NCBI GenBank assembly: GCA_045652245.1
Contig: JAZRTY010000013.1
Coordinates: 1,533 to 65,532 of the forward strand
DNA length: 64,000 nt
Origin: Eubacteriales bacterium
GTDB lineage: Bacteria > Bacillota > Clostridia > Oscillospirales > CAG-382
Reading direction: 5' to 3'
Position 1 is the stretch's first letter. The number at the start of each line of letters is the position of its first letter. The notes below the pieces were generated by a model. The model ran no database searches. It was not told the origin of the DNA and worked only from the letters and a program-made list of their open reading frames with translations. Shown piece after piece: positions 38,304-45,756 of the stretch. Both the position numbers and the translations under genes were made by a program.

Positions 38304-38942
38304 ATGGCAGATTTCAGAGTATTATTCAAAAAGGACGATGTTCTAATATATATTTCACATCTTGACCTGAATCACACCTTTATTCGTGCTCTTAACCGTG
38401 CCGATATAAAGCTTCGTTTTTCCGAGGGTTTCAATCCTCATCCAAAGATAGTGTTCGCTCTTCCGTTGTCTATCGGTATGGTAGGGGAAAATGAGTTGTG
38501 TGACATCAGTGTCGCAGATGAAAGCATGACAAGTGAAAAGCTGATGTCACTTCTTTGTGCGCAAATGCCACCTCATATTGAAATAAAAAAGGTATATGAA
38601 GCAGATATAAAATTCCGTGAAATTGAAAGTGCGAGGTACACCATTGAAATTTCAAAAACAGGTATTCTTGAAGCTTTAAATAAAATGCTCGGTGGTGCCA
38701 TTGTTGTTTCAAAGAAAACAAAGGGTGGTATCAAGAATATTGATATTTCACAGAGAATTGTAAGTATTGATGTGAGTGAAACAGATAATAAAACTGTTAT
38801 AAAAGCAGTTTTGTGTGCAAAGGGTGAAAATTACTTAAGTCCCGAGCTTCTGATTGGTGCCATGAAGGACAGAGATATTATTTCGGAGGATATTCCGTAT
38901 ACAGTTGTACGAAACGAAATAATCTTCGGTAAAAAAGCATAG
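38304..38942 (+). CDS. radical-SAM-associated protein, DUF2344/TIGR03936 family
   Basis: ISHLDLNHTFIRALNRA...FSEGFNPHPKI motif typical of the family. Confidence 0.75.
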   Translation: MADFRVLFKKDDVLIYISHLDLNHTFIRALNRADIKLRFSEGFNPHPKIVFALPLSIGMVGENELCDISVADESMTSEKLMSLLCAQMPPHIEIKKVYEADIKFREIESARYTIEISKTGILEALNKMLGGAIVVSKKTKGGIKNIDISQRIVSIDVSETDNKTVIKAVLCAKGENYLSPELLIGAMKDRDIISEDIPYTVVRNEIIFGKKA

Positions 38943-38968
38943 TATAAGAAAATTTTGGAGTTATATAA

Positions 38969-40444
38969 ATGGAGAAAAAAAAGGAAAACAAGATAGCAAA
39001 AAAGACGAAAAATATCGCAGACCTTGTAATATCGGTCTTTTTCGGTTTTGTTATAATTGCAGTAGGAGTATTTGCTCTTGTATTGCCAAAGCAAAAATAC
39101 TCCGAATCGGAAAAGAGAGAGCTTGCCGTTTTGCCTGAATTTACTCTTGATAATTTATTTTCGGGAGATTTTACAGACGGGTTTGATGTGTATTTTTCCG
39201 ACACCTTCCCGATGCGTGATACCCTTGTGGATTTCGCAGGTGACATAAAGCAGTACAGGGGAACAAGAGCCTTTACGGGTGGAAAGACGATATATGCTGC
39301 CGATGATGATATGTTCCATGCAGACGATATCAATACCGAAATTGACGAGAGTAAATTCGATAACGCCGAAAAAATTGAAATTGATGAATCGGCTGAAAAC
39401 ATAGTTGACGGCGGTGAATTTATCCCCGGCGAGATTGATTCTCAAAAAAATGAAAGTGGCACAAATCAAGACGTGCAGAATTCCGAAAGCAACACACAGG
39501 AGACAGAAGAGCCTGTAGTGGAAGAACCGAAGCCTGTCGGCGCAGAGGGCCCTGCAGGAGAGAAAAGAGGCTCTCTTTACGTTGTCGGAAATACCGCACT
39601 TGAGCTTTATCGTGGAAACGAAGCTTCGGCACTTGCGTATGCAGAGCTTATTAATTCCTACGCAAAGTACCTTCCCGAAAATGTAAACATATACAATATG
39701 GTAGTTCCGACTCATACCGAATTTGCGCTTCCGCTATCCGACCGTACAGTTTCAAACGAACAAAGACCTGTACTTGATACTATTCGTGATAATCTGTCTG
39801 AGAGAGTAATTTCGATAGATCCCTATAACACAATAAGAGAGCATTATGAAAACGGCGAGTATCTGTATTTCCGGACTGACCACCACTGGACAGCGCTCGG
39901 CGCGTATTATGCATATACAGAATTCTGCCGTACACTTGGTATAGAAGCAGTACCGGTTTCGGATTATGAAAGCGGCCGTATAGAGCCGTTCCTCGGAACC
40001 TTCTACCAATCCTCACGTGATGCAGCACTTCGTGAAACACCGGACTACGTTGACTATTATAAGGTAGATATCCCCTGTACCGTTACAAGATACGATAACA
40101 GCGGACAAGGCTATAGCGCAGCACTTTACTATACCTATGTCAAGGGAGAAGCGAACGCATACCTTGCGTTCCTTGGAGGTGATTTTCCGTATATCAAAGC
40201 AGTTACAGAGAATAAGAACGGAAGAAAGCTTATAGTTTTCAAGGAGTCCTACGGCAACCCGCTGATTCCGTTTTTAGCACCTCATTTTGAGGAAATACAC
40301 GTGGCAGATATAAGATATTTCCCATATAATGCAGTCAACTTCATAAGTCAGTACGGCATAACCGATGCGCTTTTTGTAAATGGACTTATGTCAGCAAGCA
40401 CAGGAGCAAGAATTAACGAAATGTACGCACTTCTGACAAAATAA
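38969..40444 (+). CDS. DHHW family protein (AlgJ/AlgX-like SGNH acyltransferase/esterase)
   Basis: N-terminal TM anchor, an acidic low-complexity linker, and the signature FRTDHHWT. Confidence 0.8.
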   Translation: MEKKKENKIAKKTKNIADLVISVFFGFVIIAVGVFALVLPKQKYSESEKRELAVLPEFTLDNLFSGDFTDGFDVYFSDTFPMRDTLVDFAGDIKQYRGTRAFTGGKTIYAADDDMFHADDINTEIDESKFDNAEKIEIDESAENIVDGGEFIPGEIDSQKNESGTNQDVQNSESNTQETEEPVVEEPKPVGAEGPAGEKRGSLYVVGNTALELYRGNEASALAYAELINSYAKYLPENVNIYNMVVPTHTEFALPLSDRTVSNEQRPVLDTIRDNLSERVISIDPYNTIREHYENGEYLYFRTDHHWTALGAYYAYTEFCRTLGIEAVPVSDYESGRIEPFLGTFYQSSRDAALRETPDYVDYYKVDIPCTVTRYDNSGQGYSAALYYTYVKGEANAYLAFLGGDFPYIKAVTENKNGRKLIVFKESYGNPLIPFLAPHFEEIHVADIRYFPYNAVNFISQYGITDALFVNGLMSASTGARINEMYALLTK

Positions 40445-40463
40445 AGATAAATAACGGCAGTAA

Positions 40464-40498
40464 AATTCCGACAAGGTAAAGCTTGTCGGAATTTTTTG
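40464..40498 (+). terminator. rho-independent terminator
   Basis: AATTCCGACAAG / CTTGTCGGAATT stem plus T6. Confidence 0.8.
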
Positions 40499-40584
40499 TG
40501 ACAAAAAGGGAACTTTTTGCATAAAATATAGTAATCGTGGCGTAGTTTATACACTTTTTACTTAATTTTGTTTTGGAGGCCTGT

Positions 40585-40737
40585 ATGAATAAGCTTGGCG
40601 CAATAATAGGCGTTTTTATTCTTTCCTTTGGTCTGAGCATATTACTTACCTGTATTTTGCCGGCAGGTGCATTGATTGTTATTGAGTCGGTGCTTCTTGT
40701 TGCGGCAGGTGCATTTTTTGTTCTGTCTATTATGTAG
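40585..40737 (+). CDS. small hydrophobic protein (50 aa, two predicted TM helices)
   Basis: Below the ORF-track cutoff. GGAGG lies 6 nt upstream of the ATG. Translation: MNKLGAIIGVFILSFGLSILLTCILPAGALIVIESVLLVAAGAFFVLSIM. Confidence 0.45.
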   Translation: MNKLGAIIGVFILSFGLSILLTCILPAGALIVIESVLLVAAGAFFVLSIM

Positions 40738-40760
40738 TTTTATTGAAGGAGGGTTTACTT

Positions 40761-40832
40761 ATGAAAATTGTTGTAATGAAGATGCCGAAGTTCTTGTCGG
40801 GGCTGTTTAAGATTTTTGGGAAAAAGAAGTAA
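40761..40832 (+). CDS. spoVM: stage V sporulation protein M (23-aa amphipathic peptide)
   Basis: Below the ORF-track cutoff. GAAGGAGGG lies 7 nt upstream. MKIVVMKMPKFLSGLFKIFGKKK versus B. subtilis SpoVM MKFYTIKLPKFLGGIVRAMLGSFRKD (shared K-x-PKFL-x-G core). Confidence 0.7.
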   Translation: MKIVVMKMPKFLSGLFKIFGKKK

Positions 40833-40905
40833 CGGACTGTAATATTTTTTTCTTTTCGATAATATATTTATTACAAAAAGCAATAAAATCGAAAAGGAGA
40901 AAATT

Positions 40906-42450
40906 ATGGAAAACTATCTTCCCGTCTACGGAAAAACAATTTCAGAAAGACAAGAAAAGAATGTAAGTGTTGAATTTACACTTCCCGAATATCTGCCGAA
41001 TATCAGTAAAATTGTAAAGGTGTCGGTTTTGCCGTCTGTGAAAATTTCTGAAAACACCGAAAACGGCGTAAAGGTTTCAGGAAAGGCTGTTTTTGCAGTA
41101 GTTTATCTTTCGGATTTTAATAATAACCTGAAAAGCACAGTGATTTCCGAGGATTTTTCGGCAGATTTTTCAAGGCATAATGAAGAGGGGAATAGCGCCG
41201 GTGATACAATTCTTGACTGCTCTGTATATGCTGCAGAGGAGAGGGCAATTGCAACTTCACCCCGTAAAATCAATGCCTCCTGCAAGCTTATACTTCGGGC
41301 AGAGGAGAGTGCTGTGAAAAAGAATGAGGTTTTTGATGAAGAGGAAAATGAAAAAATCAAAAAGCTTGTGAAAAAGGTTACTGCCATGTCCAAAAAGGAT
41401 TTTGGTGAAGCGCCCTTTCACATTGAGGAAAGGCTTTCACTTGAAGATGGTATGCCGGGTATCCGTGAAATTGTTTTTGCTGATTGTTCAATTGTAAAGG
41501 ATTCCTGTGTAATGGAAAATGATGAAGCGAAAATTTCCGGAAATATAATTTTTAATTGTCTGTACCACTCTGCAACTGAAGGGGAACAGGATATGCCGGA
41601 ATACATATCGATGTCAAAGGAAATACCGTTTACTGTAAATGTACCTGCCTTGGGAACGATACCGGGGATGAGTCTCGGTTCAAAGGTATGTATTACAGGG
41701 ATTTCTGCTGATGCTATGCAGGATAGCTACGGAGATTCAAATATGATAGGTCTTTTCGTTGATGGGGTTGTACATATAAAGGGTTATACAAACGAAGAAT
41801 TTTCAGTATGTGAGGATTTGTTCAGTACAGAATTTCCGGTTAGCTGCAAAGCAAGCAAGGTGGAGTATGACAGCTTCAACGGCATAATAAGGGATACGAT
41901 TAATGTTTCGGAAAACGTTCATACGGGACTTGGCAGCATTGTAAGAATTATATCTCAGGAAGCAAGAGTTATACCTGTGTCTGAGGAGGTTCTCGAGGAT
42001 AGTATCCTTATAAATGCAAGGATTTATCTGAAGCTTGTCGGCACAGATGAACTTGGCGGTATCGAGTGTGCAAACACAAGCTTTATGATAAAGGCTCCTG
42101 TTTTGGGCAGAAAAATTGCAAATCCCGATAAATGCGAATTTGATACCGATACAAGTGTTCGTAAGTGCTCGTGTGAAATTGTGAATGGTGAAATAAAGTG
42201 CGACCTGGCACTTAATACTGAACTTGCTGTCAGTACGAGAAATTCTATAAATGCCGTTACTGCGATTGAAACAGATGACGAGAATAAATATGTAAAAAAT
42301 AATTCGGAATACATTATTTACTATCCCACAAATGAAGATACAGTCTGGTCTGTTGCAAAGAAATACAAGGTGTCACCTGAAGCGCTATCTGAGCTTAACG
42401 AAATAAAATCCGGGATTCATGAAAAGAAAACTGTTGTAATTCCAAGATAA
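40906..42450 (+). CDS. DUF3794 (SPOCS) domain protein with C-terminal LysM
   Basis: 514 aa. Repeated beta-rich DUF3794-like modules, with a LysM at the C-terminus (YIIYYPTNEDTVWSVAKKYKVSPEALSELN). Confidence 0.7.
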   Translation: MENYLPVYGKTISERQEKNVSVEFTLPEYLPNISKIVKVSVLPSVKISENTENGVKVSGKAVFAVVYLSDFNNNLKSTVISEDFSADFSRHNEEGNSAGDTILDCSVYAAEERAIATSPRKINASCKLILRAEESAVKKNEVFDEEENEKIKKLVKKVTAMSKKDFGEAPFHIEERLSLEDGMPGIREIVFADCSIVKDSCVMENDEAKISGNIIFNCLYHSATEGEQDMPEYISMSKEIPFTVNVPALGTIPGMSLGSKVCITGISADAMQDSYGDSNMIGLFVDGVVHIKGYTNEEFSVCEDLFSTEFPVSCKASKVEYDSFNGIIRDTINVSENVHTGLGSIVRIISQEARVIPVSEEVLEDSILINARIYLKLVGTDELGGIECANTSFMIKAPVLGRKIANPDKCEFDTDTSVRKCSCEIVNGEIKCDLALNTELAVSTRNSINAVTAIETDDENKYVKNNSEYIIYYPTNEDTVWSVAKKYKVSPEALSELNEIKSGIHEKKTVVIPR

Positions 42451-42457
42451 ATAAATA

Positions 42458-42490
42458 TAAAAAATTCGGGGGAAACCCCGAATTTTTTGT
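42458..42490. terminator. bidirectional terminator
   Basis: A6-TTCGGGG-gaaa-CCCCGAA-T6. Confidence 0.8.
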
Positions 42491-42538
42491 ACATAATAAA
42501 GCCTACTCATATTTTCTGAGCAGGCTGTTGTAATTTTA

Positions 42539-43678
42539 TTATACTATTCCAAACGAAATACCCGTATAGTAATATTTAAGAATATCATAAAAGCTGTTTC
42601 CGTTTTCAGCCATTGTCATAGCTCCGAGCTGGCTCATTCCGACACCGTGTCCGTAGCCTTTGGTAGTAAAGGTTATATTGTCCTGCGTGTAGCTTACCGA
42701 AAAATCGGTGCTTTTAAGACCTAATAGCTTTTGCATGGTACTGCCTGATATTTTGTTGTTTCCTATTTCTATAAAATCTACTCTTCCCGAACTGCTCCTT
42801 GTAAGACCGCTTACAAATTCGTGAAAGGAGAGAGAATCACATTCAGATATGTCGGAATAGCCGTTGTTTACTAAAATGCTTATGAATTTTTCCTTTGAAA
42901 AGCTCTTGCTGCCGAAAACCTGGGATTGTAAATCGGCATTTGTGGTTTCCTGCGTTTTTACAGAGGAAAGATATCCTACCTCACCACCCCAGACCTCCTT
43001 GCTTGAAGCTGTATATTCACCGCTTGAAGCGTGGAAAACGGCAATTATCGGCTCGGCATCATATAGCATTATAATTCCCTTTGTTGCACTTGCTGCGTTT
43101 TCTGCTTTTTCATAAATTTCGGTCGAAGCTATACCGAATTTTCTGATAAATTCATTCTTTGACAGGTAGCTCTGACAGTGGGCAGGGTTCGTACAGATGT
43201 CTGCACCGTCGTGTCCGGCCTTGGTGTTGTTTAAAATTGCATTTACCGCAAGTGTTCTGCATGCAACTGCCTGAGCCTTTAACGCCTCGGCGTTTGCAGC
43301 AAGCGGCATCTCGGCAGCAACGCAGGCAGTAACGTATTCTTCAAGGGGGATGTTTACTGTTTTCTCTTCCTCGTGAAGATATAGATTGATTTGGGATATT
43401 TCAAGTATTTCCTTGTCAACGCAGGGCATATTTTCGGATAAAACCTCATTGCTGTCACTTTTTTCCTGAAAACCTGTAGCTTCTGTATATGTGCTTTGAT
43501 TTGGAATTTCGCTGTTCAGGGTTTTGTAAAGAGTTCCCGTGTAATGCCTTAAAGAATAAGCCTCTGTTTTTTTGTTTCCGAATAAAAGAAATATAAGTAT
43601 TAATAAAAAGCATGAAATGAAAATTAAAATTATTGCAATGATTTTTTTCAGCCTTTGTTTTTTTCTCCGATAACTCAT
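42539..43678 (-). CDS. spoIID: stage II sporulation protein D (lytic transglycosylase)
   Basis: 379 aa: N-terminal TM helix, SpoIID domain, GYGHGVGMSQ motif. Confidence 0.88.
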   Translation of the reverse strand: MSYRRKKQRLKKIIAIILIFISCFLLILIFLLFGNKKTEAYSLRHYTGTLYKTLNSEIPNQSTYTEATGFQEKSDSNEVLSENMPCVDKEILEISQINLYLHEEEKTVNIPLEEYVTACVAAEMPLAANAEALKAQAVACRTLAVNAILNNTKAGHDGADICTNPAHCQSYLSKNEFIRKFGIASTEIYEKAENAASATKGIIMLYDAEPIIAVFHASSGEYTASSKEVWGGEVGYLSSVKTQETTNADLQSQVFGSKSFSKEKFISILVNNGYSDISECDSLSFHEFVSGLTRSSSGRVDFIEIGNNKISGSTMQKLLGLKSTDFSVSYTQDNITFTTKGYGHGVGMSQLGAMTMAENGNSFYDILKYYYTGISFGIV

Positions 43679-43865
43679 AATTCTGTTCCTTTCATATTTT
43701 TAGTCTTTCTAAATTATATTTTCAGTAGTAAATAAATATTCTGAATATGAGGCATCATAAAATAAAATGTACAAAATAATCACATAATTTTCACAAAGGG
43801 AACATAGGTATTTCAAACTTGCAATATATAATGAAGTCACAAGTAATCAATACGGAGGTATTACT

Positions 43866-45506
43866 ATGGAATACAAAAATGGATTTGAAAACAATCCGAA
43901 TAATGAAAATAATAATAATATGTCGGCAGAAGGCTGCAATGACTGCGGTACTGCTCAAAATGATGTTAAGGAAAGCTCTGATGCGCTCCGGGAAGAAGAG
44001 AATCAGAGTGTATTACCGGGTGATTCGGTACAGCAGACCCTGAAGTACACTCAGGAGAGCTATTTTGGAAAAACAGCCGGTAACATACAGCAGCCGGTTG
44101 ATGATACTGTTCAAAATCAAAATACAGGTTTTAATAGCGGCTATAATGCGTATAACGTCAATAACAGCTATAACGGTAATAATAGTTATAACGGCAATCA
44201 GCAGGAAAAACGGAGTTACGGAATAAGATACGACAGAAACGAAAATGACGACAATAATTATTCCTGGAATTACAGCAATACGCCCGTGAAATCACCTGAA
44301 AAGAAAAAGAATAAAAACGGTTTTACCGTGTTTGTGTCTGTTGCAATGGCGTTTGTAATTCTCGGAACGGCGGCTGTTTCCTCTGTTATTACATCTAATA
44401 TAATCGAAAAAGGTTCTGTTTTCGGAAATTATGAAATAGAGTCAGCTAAGGATAAAGAAGCTCCGATAGTCGGAAAGCAGGAGGATAAAAACGATACTCA
44501 GCCAATTGTAAGTGTTCCAAGCTTAAATGGAAACGGAGTGCTTACAAAGCAGCAGATAGCTGTAAAGTGCAAGCCTTCTTCTGTCGGTATCGAGGTTGTA
44601 AGTACAGTACGAAGCATATACGGATACTCCTACCAGACCTCAGGTGTCGGCTCCGGCTTTATCCTGACAGAGGACGGATATGTGGCAACAAACAATCATG
44701 TAATTGAGGGCGCTACCACAATTACCGTTATGCTTGATGACGGAACACGTCACGAGGCAAAGCTTATCGGAGCTGACGCCATTACTGACCTTGCAGTAAT
44801 AAAAATCGAAGCGACAGGTCTTGTTCCGATGCAAATAGGCGACTCGGATAAAATGATGGTGGGAGACAGCGTTGTTGCAATCGGAACTCCTGCAGGAATT
44901 GAATTTGCAGGAACTGTAACCGACGGAATAATATCTGCTATAAACCGTGGGGTAGAAATAACCAATGAGCGTGGTGCTGTTGTAAAAACTATGACACTTA
45001 TGCAGACAAATGCTGCAATAAACCCCGGTAATTCCGGTGGTCCCCTTATAAATGACAGGGGAGAGGTTATTGGCATCAATACATTGAAGCTTACTTCTAC
45101 CTATGAAGGAATCGGATTCTCTATTCCGATAAACAGCGCAGTTAAAATCTTCAACCAGCTTATAGCCGACGGAAAAGTGTCGGAGTATGACAGTGGCTTT
45201 GTAACCGGAAATGGTGCAATCGGTATTACTCAGTATGCTGAAATCAGCAAGGAGGAAGCAGAATACTATAAAATTCCACAGGGAATTATAGTAATTCAGA
45301 TAAAAAAAGGTTCGGCAGCCTCTGAGATGGGACTTCGCAGAGGGGATATTATCACAGGCTTCTGCGGTACAGATGTGCATACTGTTGAAGAGCTTAATAA
45401 GCTGAAAGCAAATTATAAAGCAGGCGACGAGGTGACTCTCCATATTTACCGTGACGGAGAGGGTGAAAACGATATTACCTTTAAGCTTGACCTTATGGAA
45501 TCGTAA
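43866..45506 (+). CDS. htrA: HtrA/DegP-type serine protease with PDZ domain and Asn-rich N-terminal region
   Basis: Triad context NNHVI, DLAVIKI, GNSGGPL. TM helix at about aa 155-175 and a C-terminal PDZ. Confidence 0.88.
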   Translation: MEYKNGFENNPNNENNNNMSAEGCNDCGTAQNDVKESSDALREEENQSVLPGDSVQQTLKYTQESYFGKTAGNIQQPVDDTVQNQNTGFNSGYNAYNVNNSYNGNNSYNGNQQEKRSYGIRYDRNENDDNNYSWNYSNTPVKSPEKKKNKNGFTVFVSVAMAFVILGTAAVSSVITSNIIEKGSVFGNYEIESAKDKEAPIVGKQEDKNDTQPIVSVPSLNGNGVLTKQQIAVKCKPSSVGIEVVSTVRSIYGYSYQTSGVGSGFILTEDGYVATNNHVIEGATTITVMLDDGTRHEAKLIGADAITDLAVIKIEATGLVPMQIGDSDKMMVGDSVVAIGTPAGIEFAGTVTDGIISAINRGVEITNERGAVVKTMTLMQTNAAINPGNSGGPLINDRGEVIGINTLKLTSTYEGIGFSIPINSAVKIFNQLIADGKVSEYDSGFVTGNGAIGITQYAEISKEEAEYYKIPQGIIVIQIKKGSAASEMGLRRGDIITGFCGTDVHTVEELNKLKANYKAGDEVTLHIYRDGEGENDITFKLDLMES

Positions 45507-45520
45507 TTGAACCGAAAAAA

Positions 45521-45551
45521 ATGAGTCTGAAGCTTTTTCAGGCTCATTTTT
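45521..45551 (+). terminator. rho-independent terminator after htrA
   Basis: ATGAGTCTGAA / TTCAGGCTCAT (one G-U pair) followed by T5. Confidence 0.75.
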
Positions 45552-45674
45552 GTTGTTTTCTGTGTTTTGTTTGGCAAAACAACACAAAACAACACCAAAA
45601 ACAATAAAAAATCAAATAAAAACAAAAAATATTTGTTGGTTTCTATTGACAAACGGATATAAATATAGTATAAT
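45551..45674 (+). promoter_or_regulatory. BMC promoter P1 with upstream CA-rich phased A-tract element
   Basis: Imperfect palindrome TGTTGTTTTCTGTGTTTTGTTTGG / CAAAACAACACAAAACAACACC (45551-45596), tandem AAAACAACAC repeats, then TTGACA (45646-45651), 17 nt, TATAAT (45669-45674). Confidence 0.6.
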
Positions 45675-45756
45675 ATGAGATGAGTAAAAGTATAGGTATG
45701 CTTTTATGAAATTTGGTATGAATTATTACTATAAATAATGCAAAGGATGTGTTTTT

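Noticed and set aside
44640-45587. 315-aa minus-strand ORF
   Set aside because: It is antisense to the htrA protease/PDZ region, its translation is Cys/Phe-rich nonsense with no motifs, and it runs through the htrA terminator.
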